Below, piece after piece: positions 36,501 to 50,270 of a stretch of 64,000 bases of DNA. This stretch comes from Camelus dromedarius (Eukaryota). The notes beneath the pieces are model-generated. The model made no database searches, was not told the DNA's origin, and saw only the letters and a program-made list of their open reading frames with translations. Every line of letters starts with the position of its first letter. Within the stretch, counting starts at the first letter, position 1. The stretch lies in NCBI RefSeq assembly GCF_036321535.1, contig NC_087437.1, positions 66,156,001 through 66,220,000 on the forward strand, given 5' to 3'. Made by a program: the position numbers and the translations under genes.

Positions 36501-38194
36501 AAGGTAGAGAAGCAGAAATGCAAAGTGTGACTGACTTATTAATAAGCCGGCAACAGGGAAAAGAAACTGGCTTCTGGAATAAGTTGAGAAGGGAAGAGCT
36601 GGAAGGCATCCTAGATTTCATCAGTTCCAACCACTGCTAACCATTTAGCTCCTCTGCAGGCAGAATGTCCTTGTTCATCCAGTTCCTCTGTTGCTTCAGT
36701 GCTGCGGGCCTGACCTGAGAGAAAGTAGGTGGGAGCTCGCTCTCTCCACGTAAAACAAGGCTAGACAAGCACTTATGACTACAGGCAAGCAGGAACATTT
36801 AGAGAGGCCAGGCCCACCCAGGACTAGAAGCAGGGCTGAGTGCTTTAGCTCATGACAAAACATCATTTACTGGCTGCAAGCGTGTAAAGACAAGGCATTA
36901 CACTGCATCCTCGCTGCAAGCAGCAAATCAGTCCAAGATCAGCAGATTTTCTGAAGCCAGGGAACGGGAGGCGTGTTGTCAACCTCCAAGCTGCTGTCTG
37001 CTGAGACTCCGTAGTCTGGGTGGTCACGAAGATGAAGTCTCATCCATCAACTGCTTGACAAGGGCTGTCATCATATCACCGGTCCTACGTGGCCCTCAAT
37101 GCATGATGTAAGAGACACATTGGACAAGAGCATTTCCTGGGGGAATTCTCCAGGAAGAATTCAGCCAATGGAAAGCAGTCTTTCAAGTGGCCTGATGTCA
37201 TTGGAAACAAGTAAACACATATATGTGTGTGCCTATGTGAGTGTACACATCCCCAAGATGCTGCACTTTCCTGGAAACAAAGAATGAGAGAGCAAAAAGC
37301 TTCACAAGCATCCCTTTAGGATCCTTTTTCTCATTTATTTTTAAAGTCCCTCGGCACCATGCTGAGAAGGGAAGCCAGGGAGGAGCTCACCCAGACGACA
37401 AGGCTTTTCAATGAGGGTTTGGTGTCTGGGGATTTGCCAAGAGGTTAAAACCCAGCGTCTGTGGAAGTCCCCGGCACCCAAAATATCTTGGCCCTTTTGT
37501 GTTCAGTAATGCCAGGGAGTTTTCAACCATTCCATGAGGGACCCAGGGGCTCCCCCTAAAACTCCTACTGTGACCCGAATGTACTCTTTTCTTAGCACAC
37601 AAACAAGCCGGCTCTTGACTTTCTCTGACTGTCAGGGATCTCTGCCACTTTAGAGCCGTTTGGGGCACTTTCCCTCACCTAACAGAGGAGAGCATGGCCC
37701 AGGAAAAATGAGATTAAGGAAAAGGACAAAGAAAGAAGCAATGGGCCTTCCATGTCCATTGATGAATTCATTCATTCATCTAACAAATGCTTATGGAACA
37801 CTTGCCATTTTCCAAAGCCTTTGCTAGAGGCTTAGATACAGCCTCTGAATAAGAAACAGCCTCACTTTTGAGGAGTAGAAATTGTCTAGAGGGGCAAACA
37901 AAAAGCTAGTAACATAACATGACAATTATATTGATGTGCATATAGCCTGGAGTCTTATAAGAACATAGAGGAGGGCAGCAAACCTAGACTGAAGGCATCA
38001 TCTAGACGGACAGGTGCTCTTATTTTCTGAATCCAATGAGGTGAGTCACTCACAACGGAAATGTGAAGAAATACCCCATAGAAGGAATAAAAGGACTGAC
38101 TGGTGGTACAAGAAGTTTGGCTGATTGATTTTGGTGGCAACAGTCTGCAAGGTTGTAGCACTCAGCTGCCTGGATGTAAAAGCAGACAGTGGAC

Positions 38195-38625
38195 TGTAAT
38201 TTCTTTACTTAACTATAGTTGATTTACAATATTATGTTAGTTTCAGGCATACAGCTTCAGATTATTTTCCATTATAGGTTATTACAAGATATTCAGTATA
38301 GCTCCCTGTGCTATACAGTGAATGAATCCTTGTTGTTTATTTTATATATAGTGGTGTGTATCTGTTAATCCCATTATCCTAATTCATCCTTCCCCTGCTT
38401 TCCCCTTTGGTAGCCATAAGTTTGTTTTCTATGTCTGTGAGTCTGTTTCTGTTTTGTAAATCAGTTGATTTGTATTATTTTTTTAAGAGTCCACATGTAA
38501 GTGATACCATATGATATTTGTCTTTCTCTGTCTGACTTACTTCACTTAGTATGATTATCTCTAAATCCATCCATGTTGCTGCAAAAGGAAATATTTCATT
38601 ATTTTTTATGGTTGAGTAATACCAA
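38195..38625 (-). mobile_element. L1 3' end, antisense
   Basis: tatagttgatttacaatattatgttagtttcagg..ctgtgctatacagt..ctgacttacttcacttagtatga..atccatgttgctgcaaa. Confidence 0.85.
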
Positions 38626-38864
38626 TGAATCATAATTTAGATGCAAGTTTTGTTGGGCAAGTGCAGAAAAAGGACTTGTTTGGAAAGGGAATTTGGTGCT
38701 TGTTGAGAGAACAGTTCGGATAACTAACCAGAGGTTTGAAATTGGGCAGAGAAAGGAAAAGAGACTGTGAGGAAGCTGAAAGCCAAGGACCTGGAGGTCT
38801 GGAGGCTGTCAGTGGGCACGTGTATTAGATATTAGCATATGAGAGGGCTGAGGATGGGAGACTC

Positions 38865-39770
38865 ATTCATTCATTCATCAGGTATCTATTGAGTGCTTTC
38901 AACATGTGCGGTAGTGTTGCAGTGCTGGGGGGACATCCTGAACAATTCTAATTGGCAGAAGACAGTAAATAACAAGAATAATAAATATGTAGATTATGTA
39001 ATATGTTAGAAAGTAGTAAGCGCTATGGTGGGATGGGGATGGAGAGAATAAAAGAGAATAAGAAAAATTTGAAATTCTTGTGGAAGAGTGTGATTTTAAG
39101 TGGGGTTGTCATCATAACCCTGGCTGAGAGAGTAGCATTTGAACAAAGACACGAAGGGAGAGAGGGATTGAGCCATGCTGACATGTGAATTAACATATTC
39201 CAGGTAGGGAGTTCAGCCACTTCAAAGCCTAGAAATGTGAGAATGCCTGGCGTTCTCATGAAATAGAGAGGAGGTGGGTGGAGAGGAGTGGGCAAGGGGA
39301 AGAAGTAGGAAATGAGGCAGAGAGATAACTGGGACCAAATGTGGAGGCCTTGAAGACCCTGGTAGAGACTTTGGCTTTTCCTTCGAGTGAGGTGGAAAGC
39401 CATTGCAGGATTTTGAGCAGAGAAGTGACGTGATAGCTATGGCTGCTGTGCTGAAAATAGCCTTAAGGAGGGTCCAGAGTAGAAGCAGGGAGACCAGTTA
39501 AGAGGCTAGTGCATTAGTCCAAATGAGATGTGCAAAGTTGGACTTTGATCAGGGTGGTGGCAGCAGAGGTGGTAAGAAGCATTTGGAATCTGGATGTATT
39601 TTAAGAGTAGAGCCAATAGGATTTCATGACAGCTTGGATGTGGGTGGTGAGCTAGAGTCAGGTATGACTCTAGGGTTTTTGGTCCAAGCAAAAAGAAAGA
39701 TGAAGTTGCCACTGTCTGAACTGGGGGAGAATGTCAGAACAGATTGAGGGAGGAGACTAGGAGTTAAATT
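38865..39770 (-). mobile_element. L2, antisense
   Basis: Starts cattcattcattca..tattgagtgc and includes ggaaagccattgcaggattttgagcagagaagtgac and gcagggagaccagttaagaggcta. Confidence 0.8.
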
Positions 39771-42069
39771 TCTGGTGCATTGGGATCAGAAAGTGGGATA
39801 TTGGTGTTTAAAATTTCTGAAATGGAACCATCTTGAATGATCATAAGACCCAGGGTGTGACCTGGGGATGGGTGTCTGAAAGTGGAATAAAGTGAAGTTG
39901 TTATGATTAAAGAATTCAGATCTGGAGATTGAAAGGTTAATGAAATCTCCTAGGAGGTCCAGGCAGGAGAATAAGAAGCAAGGTCAGGTTGCTCTCGCCC
40001 TCATGATACAAAATTTGAACATAAATAATTACAGGTCACACAAATATTAGTTTTAGGCATCCAGAACTTGAATTAGGTTAAGATTTTGAACTTAATACAT
40101 TAAAAATAAGCAAAATGATCGCATTTGCTGAAACACCCCAGACAACAAGACAACACTGAAATAAAAACTGTTTGATACATATCTAGATGAGTTAGATTTA
40201 TAATTCCATTGTAGCATGGATCAAAAACAGTGGATTGGAAAAGAAATTCAATAAATTTCACAATTTAATCTTGTTTTATTAAAAAGCTTTTTGGAAAGAC
40301 ATTCTTATTTGCTTTTAGATATGTTTAAAGCTCAAGGATACCATTTGTATCAACTCATGTAGCATTTTAGAAAGCATGGCCCTGTGACATTTTAGGAAAG
40401 TTTTCTTATAGTCCCAGCAAGCCAAGAGGTACCCTCAGCCCCATTCTCAGGTCATGCTTGCAAACTCCGTCCTTAGCATCATTAAGAAGAAACAGCAGGA
40501 TGACCAGTTAGTCCTCCATAACTCCAAGTGTAATAAACTTCCATGTTCAGAAACTCATCTTTGATGAAAAATTTTAAAATGTCATACTGTGAGCTGGTAG
40601 ATGTCACTTATGCATCTGAATTCATTAAAGGCTGTTGAAATGATAAGCCAGGTTTATACAGAATCTGCAGATGTAAATGGATATTTATCTCTATGTATTG
40701 AGAACTTACTTGAGAAGAAAAAAATCAAGAAAGCTCTTACCTGACATTGCTAATCAATAAATGAAGGGAAAAGATACTGAGATAGATATATAATCCTTTT
40801 TCAAAACAATCTCACCTTGTTTCTGACTGCCAGTAACCCAGCCTGTGCTTTTTATCTCTTCATAAATGAAACACAAGTAATATAGATGGGACGGGCTATT
40901 TATAAGTATATGGTATTTAAATCTTCTTGCTTTGTAGAAATTATGTTTGTGGTTGATTAAAATATTCAGCATATGCAGGCTTCATCTTTTAGTTCAATAG
41001 AAAAATATAAATGACATTGGAGGTTGAATTCCGATCAAAGTAACAAAGGCATCCTCTAGACTTACGTAAGTCACCTGCTGAATTGGAGATGATTCACCTT
41101 TCAGTGACTTCACAGGTGTTAACTTGGCCAAACAAAATAGGTAAATCATCTTCCATTCATTTTTTTTCCTGAGGCAAGTTTTCAGTAAAATTGTTTAGGA
41201 AGAATATCAAAAACATATATATATGTCCATTTGAAAAATGAATTTGCATCAACTTCTGAGATATTAAGACTATGTAATGTACATTTTTGTCCAAAAAAAA
41301 AAAAAAACTAAATTGAGTTCCTCCTAACTAAATCAAGAGGGGGAGAAATTCTAAATCAGGATTCATGCAGCACTGAAGTACACAAAGAAGACCTGATTGT
41401 ACAGTGGTGTTCAAATAAAATGGATCCAGAGAAGAATTAAGAAAGAAACCTACCCATTAGTGATTTAGACAACACAGATCTGTGACTGAAACCTGGCACT
41501 CGCTTGGGGAGAACCTCGTCCTCAGGTAATCGTGGCTCATGCAGGGAGCTTATGAGAGGCCCTCAGGAAGATCAGCCTCAGTCATGGGTCTTGCAGGAGC
41601 CCACCCAGGGTTGTCCCACTGTCTCCGCTTCTGACTGCACCAAGCGGCCAGTCCCGGTCAGTGGGGCTGTCTTTTCTAAATCATTGTCAGCACTGATCTC
41701 TCTAATGTGTTAACTTTTCTTAACAAATACTTTATTCTTTTGATAGTCAACATTCACCACATAGTCCCCTTTCTTATGGGAAGAGACAAAGAAACTAGGG
41801 AAGGTTACTCTCTTGAAGTCCACGGTTTAAAGACATGATGACTGAGGATGCAAGCCTGAATGAAGAATAGGTAGACTAGGGCTAACTCTCAAGTGTGGCT
41901 ACAGAAGTCTTAAGGTGAACAATAGGAATTTGTTCTTTATACACATAGCTCTCTTGCTCAGTGATGAAGTTGGTATTTTAGCAAAATAAGTGTGAAAGTA
42001 ATGCATGGAATGTATTAGGATGGGGAAAACCTGGTGTTACAGAGAGCTGAAGGTTATATCAAAAAATCT

Positions 42070-42600
42070 GGAAATTAGTATTTTTGCATTGCCTTAGAGT
42101 TTCCAAAGAGTTTTGGAACACACCTCATTTGACCTTCACAATACTCTGTGGGTGGACACTAAAGAGGATGTATCTTCATTTCACAAATGACAAAACAGGA
42201 ACCTAGACTAGTTAAATGACTCAATGAAAGTCACTGAGCTGCGATGGGCTGAGCCAAGATTCCCATCTGTCACATCCGACTCCAGTTCCATTGCTCCTAA
42301 CGTGACTGTATCCTGGGTAAATGTGGCAGCAGAAATGGAGAGTGAGGGACAGCCCAGTGAGATTGTGAAATAGCAGGTGAAAGAAACTGGCAATTGACTA
42401 GGTAGAGCTAATAAAGAAACAGGGAAAGGAAAAGGTGATTCTCCAGTTTCTAAAGCCTGGAAGATGGTGAGATTAGTACCATCAGCTATGTTGGCAACAT
42501 GCTTACTACAGGCCAGACCCTGTGCCACATACTTTCTATACTGCATCATTGAATCCTCACAACTCTTTGGTTTTATGATCATCCCCATTTACAAAGGGAA
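42070..42600 (-). mobile_element. MIR fragments
   Basis: ctcatttgaccttcacaatactctgtg..atttcacaaatga and aatcctcacaactct..atccccattt. Confidence 0.55.
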
Positions 42601-43803
42601 TATATGAAAGTTGTTCTTTCTTTTAAAGGCAGAAAGAAAAAAAAAATCAAGGTTTCTGCTCATAGACTAGGTAAAGCTCAACTGGACTCACTAGCCCATA
42701 GTGACCATACTTGGGCCTGAGTCCCGGGCAGTGGTTTGGTATTCCTGTGTGTGTGTGGACATAATTATGGTGCCAGCTACAAAGTGAACAAACTGGGCCG
42801 ATGGTGGTTGTGATGGTTCTAAGTCCAGCACTGCCCAACTGTTTGTTTAATGCCCCCCAGCTACCTTAGGACTTTAGACTAGGCTGTTCTAAGTAGGTGG
42901 TTTTGCCTTGGCTCTGGCCTTCAAGGTGGTCAGCCAGGTAATCCAGGTCCATAGATAGTTATTATTTAAAAATAAAAGTATAATTATCAAATGACTAATA
43001 GTATAAATATTGCATTTGTGTAGAATATCCTATTTAGACTAAAACTCTTTAGTACAATTACATTCCTTCTTAATTGATACTAGTTACTTTTCTTCTTAAT
43101 TGTTATCAGTCACTATCCAAGATAAGCGTGGTTTTCCCTGTAGGTTAACTAATTCATGTATTTCTACCTTGTCCTGAGCGTCTGTTGGTGCCCAGGGTTT
43201 GTCTCAGACCCTGATTGTTTACATTTCCCTCTCATCTTTAATGTGCTCTGTAACCTCATTTGAAATCACTGGAGAAAAGACCTTTCCCAAATTTCTTGGT
43301 TTCAACCCCTGCTTTCTCTTTCTCTCTTGGTCAGAAACAGAAAAAGAACTTATGTGTCAAATAAAGCAAATAGTGAATGAAAAATCCCCAAGCTTTTCCC
43401 AAATGGTAGTTTACCTTACAGCTCATTTTTAAAGGCTCCAAGCTGTATCTCTTTAGGTATCTACCTGCTAGTTATTGTTCACTAGGCTGCATAGAGCAAT
43501 CTCTTAGCAACCATAAACTTCATGGAAAAATCCTAACTCTTCTCTGATACCACCTGTTTTTAGGAAGTTGGCCTTCTTTTAAAAGCCTTGGAGTTACACA
43601 AGCAAGAAATGCCAGGATTTAGTTCTTTTTGAAAATAAATGTAAATAAAATAAATCATAAGAGTTTCACAGGGTATAAAGTTTTTTCTTCCCAGTGGCCT
43701 TTTACTCTGAGGTTGCTTTGGAGATTATGCTGGTGGGGAAGCTCTATCCACTCCCAGGGCAAAGGTCATGACAATAGGTGTCTTCTTCCCTGGTTTCCTA
43801 TAG

Positions 43804-43939
43804 GATTGTGAAGATGTCCAGTCCCAATCTGAACATTGTGACCTTACTGGGCAGTTGTCTGACTTACAGTAGCGCTTACCTCTTTGGGATTCGAGATCAA
43901 GGTGCTTTAGCTGGAAGCTCAATGGAAACTCTCATTCAG
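43804..43939 (+). CDS. GPR156: GPR156 coding exon 3 (IVKMSSPNLNIVTLLGSCLTYSSAYLFGIRDQGALAGSSMETLIQ), ICL1-TM2-ECL1
   Basis: Acceptor tttcctatag|G completes the phase-2 Arg codon. Contains the GABA-B-like KMSSPNLN motif. 136 nt, donor CAG|GTAGGT. Confidence 0.97.
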
Positions 43940-44195
43940 GTAGGTGAAGTCTTCAATTTTGTTTTGAATATAGTGCCAAAGTTTTGATAATTTTTAAAAT
44001 CATCTGCTCCTGTGGGCGGTGGTTACCCTTATCCTTGGTGTGGGCACTTTCAGAGGTGATCCCTGGAACGCTGAGTCAGTGAGGTCCACTTTCTGCCCTA
44101 GGCCCTCTGTGGACTGAGGCTCTGCAGATGAGAATGTGTGGAGAACCACAAAGGTTCCTCTTATGCCTCTTGCTTCTGTCCCTTCTCACCTGTAG

Positions 44196-44306
44196 ATAAG
44201 ACTGTCCATGCTGTGCATTGGGACCTCCCTTGTGTTTGGTCCCATTCTGGGGAAGAGCTGGCGACTCTACAAGGTGTTTACCCAGAGGGTTCCGGACAAG
44301 AGAGTG
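44196..44306 (+). CDS. GPR156: GPR156 coding exon 4 (IRLSMLCIGTSLVFGPILGKSWRLYKVFTQRVPDKRV), TM3-ICL2
   Basis: Acceptor ctcacctgtag|ATA, class C TM3 motif KSWRLYKVF, 111 nt, donor GTG|GTGAGT. Confidence 0.97.
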
Positions 44307-45139
44307 GTGAGTAGGCAACACTGTTTGATTGTAGACAGCAGCTCCACTATTGATTAAAAGCTAGAGAAGCTTGTGCCAGATTCCTGAGCCTGGCCCTTTT
44401 ATGTCGATCTGAAGTTCCTGCTTCAAACCTTGGAGTCATGTACCCTCATAAATTCCAAGGCTGGAAGGCTGTGTCGATGCTATTGGGATATAGATTTTTA
44501 AATAAAGGTTCTGCTTCGTATGCACCCCAGGCCCTGGTACTGCTCTGGGGGAATGTGTGAGCTGGCCATTATCTGGCACCAGTATGAGGGAGAGCAAGAT
44601 GCCCAGAGAGGCTGTTGCTTGGCACAGATGTGAGCTGAAAGTGGACAGAGGGAGAGTGGTTACAGAGAAGCTGTAGCTAGTTAGCAGTTTCTTCCGTCTT
44701 TGGAGCCCAGTTCTTTTCCGTATAAGAAGCCATTCTCTGCACCAAGAAGGATGAGCCTGGAGCAGTGAGCAAGGAAGAGCACATCCATGCATTAGACGGA
44801 ATCAGCCCTCTAAGCTATGTGGCAGCCAGATACCTGCATGTCCCTGACATCAAGTGTCATCCTAACCACATTCCCCCACTTTATCAGGTTTCCTAGCAAA
44901 GCTGCCCAAACCTCAAGCCTGATCATCAAACCCTTTGTCAATATAGGCCCTGCCCAGACCCAGTATATCACTCAGTTAGAGTTTACTTTTCTGGAATGAT
45001 GAGACTTTTTTTTTTAGCAAACATTGTTGAATTGTGGTGAATATTTTACAAAAGCTCTGCTTTGAGTAACCATACATATGAAAAAGATTGTATAAAGGAC
45101 AGTAAGTTCATCCATTCCTCTAGACCACTGGTTCCTTTT

Positions 45140-48100
45140 TTCAAAAATAGCTTTATTGAGATATAATTGATATGCAGTGAACTGCACATATTTAAAGTGT
45201 ATGATTTGCTGTTTTGACATATCTATATGACCATGAAACATGAGGTATAATCTGCAAGTTTCCTCATACAACTTTGTCATCTCCCTCTCCTGTGCAATTC
45301 TTACATCCCTTGTCCCTGTCCCCAGGCAAGCATTGATCTGCTTTCTGTCCCTATAGATTAGTTTGCATTTTCCATAATTTTATATAAATGGAATTATACA
45401 GCATGTATTCTTTTTTATCTGTCTTCTACTTGGCAAAATTATTTGGAGATTCATCCATGTTGTTGCTTGCATCAGTGGTTCTTTCCTCATTATTGCTGAG
45501 TGATATTCCAGTGTGTAGAGTAACTAGTTTGTTTATCCATTCACCTGTTGATGGGTGTCTGGGCTTGTTTCCAGTTTGGGGATATTAATAATAAAACTGC
45601 TGTGAACACTAGTATACAAGTCTTTGTGTAAACATATGCTCCTTTCTCTTGGTTAAAAACCTAAGAGTAGTTGGATCATATTAAGTAAATGTATAGCATT
45701 TTAAGAAAATGCCTGTTTTCGAAAGTGATTGTACCATTTTACATTCCCACCCACAGTATATGAGAGTCCCTTTCTTCCATATCCTCCCAACATTTGACTT
45801 GATTGATCTTTTTCACATTTGTCATCCTAATAGGTGTGTGTAGTAGTATCTCATTGTGTTTTAATTTGCATTTCCCTGATGCAATGTTGAGCATCTTTTT
45901 ATATGCTTATTTGTCATCCATATATTTTCTTTGATAAAGTATCTGCTCAAATCTCTCACCTATTTTTTTTAATTTAGTTGTTTGTTTTCTGTTATTGAGT
46001 TATTGGATACAGTCCTTTATCAAATACATGAATTGCAAAAATTTTGTTCCTGTTTGTGACTTTTCATTCACTTAAGAATGTCTTTCAAAAAGAATATGTT
46101 TCTAATTTTGATGAAGTCCAATTGACTACTTTGATCTTTTATAGATTATATTTTTGGTGTCAGATCTAAGAATCTTTCACCTAACCCAGGGCCCCAAAAG
46201 TTCTTCTCCCGTGTTTACTTCCAGAAGTTTTAAGAGTTTTTGTTTTTACATTTAAGTCTGTGATCCATTTTGATTTAATTTTGAAATATGATGTGATCTG
46301 TAGGTTGAAATTTATTTTTTTATATATGGATATCTAATTGTTCCAGCACCATTTGTTGAAAAGACTGTCGTTTCTTCACTGAGTTACCTTTCCACCTTTA
46401 TTGAAAGTCATTTGCTCGTAGATGTGTGGATCTGTTACTGGACTCTGTCTCATTGATGTAGTTTATTTTGACACCAACACTGTATTATGGTAGCTTTATA
46501 CTAAATCTTCATTTCAGGAATGTTAGTTCTTCTCTTTCAATGTTGTTTTAGCTATTCTAGGTCCGTGGAATTTCCATATGAAGTTTTGAATCAGTTTGCC
46601 AATTTCTTCAAATTTTTTGCTGAGATTTTGATGGAGATTGTGTTGAATTTATAGATCAAATTGTGGAGAATTGACTTTTTAATAATGTTGTGTCTTTCAG
46701 CCCAAAAACACAGTATATATTTCTTCATTTATTTAGGTCTTTTCTAATTTCTCTCAGCAATTTTTTTTGTAGTTTTCAGTGGAAGTCTTTCATTTCTTTT
46801 ATCAAATTTATTCCTAAGTATTTTATATTTTTATGATATTATATATGTTACTGTTCTATTTTACTTTCTAATTTTTATTGCTAATAAATAGAAATATAGT
46901 TAATTTTTGTATGCTGATCTTACATGCTACACCCTTGCTAATCTGCTTATTAGTTCTAGTAGCTTTTTTGTAGTTTCCATCAGATATTCTACATAGATGA
47001 TCATCTTCTGTAAAAGATGGTTTCTTTCCAGTCTCTTCTGTGATGGCACTGGCTAGAAACACCACTATGATGTTCAGTAGGAGTGCTGAGAGCAGACATT
47101 TTTGAGTTTTTCTTGATCACGTGGGGAAAACATTAAGTCTTGATCAAAACTAAGTATGATTTTATCTGTAATTTTATTACAGATGCCCTTTATCTAGTTA
47201 GGGAAATTCTCTTCCATTCCTATTTTGCTGAGAATTTCTATAAAGAATTAATGTTGGGTTTTGTCAAATGTGTTTTCTATTAATGTGTGTCTATTAAGCA
47301 TATGATTTTTCTTTTTTAGTTTACTCATACAGTATATTACATTAAATGATCTTAGGATCTCAAACCAACTTTGCATTCCTGAGACAAACTCTATTTGATC
47401 ATGATGTATTATCCTTGTCTTATATTGTTGGATTCATTCTCATAATATGTTGTTTGTAATGTTTGTATTCATGTTTTTAAGGGATGTTGCTCTGTAGCTT
47501 TCTTTTCTTCTAAAATCTTTTTCTGGTTTTTGTAACAGAATAATGCCAGCCTTGTAGAATGAATTGGGAAATATTTCCTCTTCTTCAACTTCTGGAAGAG
47601 TTTGTGTATAATTGTATAACTGACAGTCACATATAGCATAAGTACTTTACTATAGGATACTTCCATTTCCCTACTTTCCAATCTTCGTGTTGTTTTTACT
47701 TTTATATGCATTATAAGCCCCACGCAATTGTTATTATTTTTTGTTTAGACAGTTACCTTTTAAAATATTTAAATAAAAAAAATCAGTCATATATTTTTCC
47801 ATGAAGTTAAACATTTCCAGAGCTCTTAATTTCCTTGTATAGATCCATATTTTCATCTGGTATCATTTTCGTTTTGCTTCTAGGATATCTAACATTCTCA
47901 TGCAGGTGTGCTAATGCTGAATTCTTTTGGTTTTTGTTTATCTGAAAAAAGTCTTTATTTCACTTTTGTTTTTGTTTTGTTTTGTTTTTAATTTTTTATT
48001 TTTAATTTTGGAGGGGGTAATTAGGTTTATTTATTTATTTTAATGGAGGTACTGGGGATTGAACCCAAGGCCTCGTGGGTGCTAAGCATGTGCTCTACCA

Positions 48101-48350
48101 CTGAGCTATACCCTTCCCTTCTTCACTTTTCTTTTTGAAAAATATTTTTTTTTAGATACAGAATTCTAGATTGAAGAAGTTTTTTCCTTTAGTACTTTGA
48201 AGATTCTCTTCCACTGTTTTCTCATGTGGCCTTCTATCTGGTGAAAAATCTGATGTCTTCCTTATATTTGTTCCTCTATACATGATATGTCACTTTTTGC
48301 TGGTTGATTTGAAGATATTCACCTTATCACTGGCTTGGAGTAGTTTGATT
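45140..48350 (-). mobile_element. Old L1 (L1MB/MC-like), antisense, with an internal deletion near 47610
   Basis: 3' end agctttattgagatataattga, ORF2 remnants such as ttgttccagcaccatttgttgaaaagact, then a jump to ORF1-side sequence. Confidence 0.82.
47975..48121 (-). mobile_element. tRNA-Ala-derived SINE (Vic-1-like)
   Basis: Reverse complement reads GGGAAGGGTATAGCTCAGTGGTAGAGCACATGCTTAGC..GGGTTCAATCCCCAGTACCTCC. TSD ttcacttttgtttttg (47959-47974) / ttcacttttctttttg (48122-48137). Confidence 0.92.
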
Positions 48351-49038
48351 AAGCAATTGATTTGTTTTTATCTTACAAACATGATGAATCATGTAACTAG
48401 TTGTACTTCCTTCTTTTCATTGGTTGTCAAAAATGCAGGTCCACCATTCTGCCCTAGTTCTTGAATGCTGTGTGCTCTCCTCACCTGAGTATTCATCCTA
48501 ATTCTCCTTATTGTCTCTTTACCTTAATATTTTTCAATTTTTCATCCTGTTGCTATATGTATATTTTCTTAATTTTATTTTTGTAACCACAAAAATAACA
48601 CATTCTCTTTGTATTAAGTCAAATGATTCACATATGTATAGAGAAAATGCTAGTAATCTCTCTTTCACCACCCTTATCTCTCAATCCCACCCTCCAGGTT
48701 AATGGCTGTTAACAGTTTATGTGAAAACTTCCACATCTTCTATGTGCTCATATGAACATATCTAGAAATAACAGTGTATTTATTTTATAAGATCCCTTGA
48801 CTATTCTGTGGGAAAAGCAAGGATATGGAAAAGATAAATGAATGAAAATGTTTAATGATGATATAGACGTAGAAATCCTTGCACATATTTACTGTCTGTT
48901 TCATCTTTGATGGCTGCATTTGAAGCCCCTTTGGAAGTCTGACCTAGGAGCCTTTAGCTCAGAGCACATAGGACACTCGAGCCCTAGTGTTGCATAGCCA
49001 GTGAGCAAAGGAAAATTACAGCCTTGACTCTTTTGCAG

Positions 49039-49164
49039 ATCATCAAAGACCTACAGCTCCTGGGGTTGGTGGCAGCCCTGGTGATAGCTGATGTGATCCT
49101 GCTCATGACATGGGTGCTGACTGACCCCATCCAGTGCCTCCAGATTCTCAGTGTCAGTATGACG
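49039..49164 (+). CDS. GPR156: GPR156 coding exon 5 (IIKDLQLLGLVAALVIADVILLMTWVLTDPIQCLQILSVSMT), TM4
   Basis: Acceptor ttttgcag|ATC, IIKD..L and W..TDP motifs as in GABA-B receptors, 126 nt, donor ACG|GTGAGG. Confidence 0.97.
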
Positions 49165-49529
49165 GTGAGGAGCCCAATCCCTGGAGAATCTAGTTCCTGA
49201 ACTGGAGGGACTGGCTTCTGTGGGTTCACGGGGGACATTCTCCCTGTAGCGTTTACCATGTGGGCATCCTCCCAGCAAGAAGATAAATGACCCAGAGAAG
49301 ATGGAGAGTCAGGAGCTGTGGCTGTGGTGAATGCCTGCCCCTTGTCTGCAAGGTGTGCTGCCACACCCACTTCTCCTCCCACCCCAAGTGTTTTCCAGCC
49401 GCATCCACTGAGATGTCAGCACTCTGGAATCTGCCTGGCAGTAGTGTCTGCTCCCACAGTATCAATAATGAAAACTTTCAGCTACACAGAGTTGCCTTAC
49501 CTTAATTGTTGAAAAATAAAGGTAGTATT

Positions 49530-49765
49530 TTGAGGTGTTCTTTGGAGTCAGTCAACCCCAGTTCAAATCCCAGCTCTACCATTTAGCAGCCATGTGACTG
49601 TGGGAAAGTTGTTTAACCTCTATAAGTCTTTATTTCCTCATAGGTAAAAATGGAGATAATAATATACCTATTTCATAGGGCTGTGGTGAAGATTAAGTGA
49701 AACAATGCAGAAAAAGGACTCAGCTGTGCCCAGTATACAGTGTTCAGTTAATGGGAAGTATTATG
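49530..49765 (+). mobile_element. MIR
   Basis: ttggagtcag..gttcaaatcccagctctaccattta..tgtgactgtgggaaagttgtttaacctc..aaaatggagataataata. Confidence 0.8.
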
Positions 49766-50174
49766 TCTCTAGCCTCATAAAGGGCCTGAGGAATACAGTG
49801 GAATCTTGACAGTGCAGATTGAATATTTAAGGTTTTCGCTGTTAACAAATAGCAGGGACAGGATGTGAAATAACTTGTAATTATGCTGATGCGCTAATTT
49901 GAATCACTGTAGTAGCAAAGCACGTAACAGGGGTAATTCCTGCTGGCACCCAGCATCCACATGTCAGCCCAACTGTATCGTCTTTTCCTCCAATTCATAG
50001 TAACCCTCTTTAGATTCTAATGGACTCACCCAAATGTTACAGATTTTACATATTAAGGGAGAAATTATATGCTGTAGGGGAATTCACGATCCAGAATGTT
50101 TACAAAGATCTGCCGTATGTGTATGTTCCTGGTAATTGTGGGTGCCCTCAGTCCTGACTCCGTGTCCCTCCTAG

Positions 50175-50270
50175 GTGACAGGGAGAGATGTGTCCTGCTC
50201 TCTGACCAGCACACACTTCTGTGCTTCCCGGTACTCTGATGTCTGGATTGCTCTCGTTTTGGGATGCAAG
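50175..50270 (+). CDS. GPR156: GPR156 coding exon 6 (VTGRDVSCSLTSTHFCASRYSDVWIALVLGCK), ECL2-TM5
   Basis: Acceptor ccctcctag|GTG, 96 nt in frame, donor AAG|GTTGGT. Confidence 0.95.

Noticed and set aside
40440..41000. Possible hidden exon or antisense gene (splice-like sites; ORF 40754..40972)
   Set aside because: The frames I translated are short, stop-interrupted and without recognisable homology, and GPR156 splices in frame without it.
48984..49382. 132-aa antisense ORF (likewise 50065..50418 and 61973..62485)
   Set aside because: These overlap GPR156 exons on the opposite strand and have no recognisable domains. They are best explained as antisense shadows.
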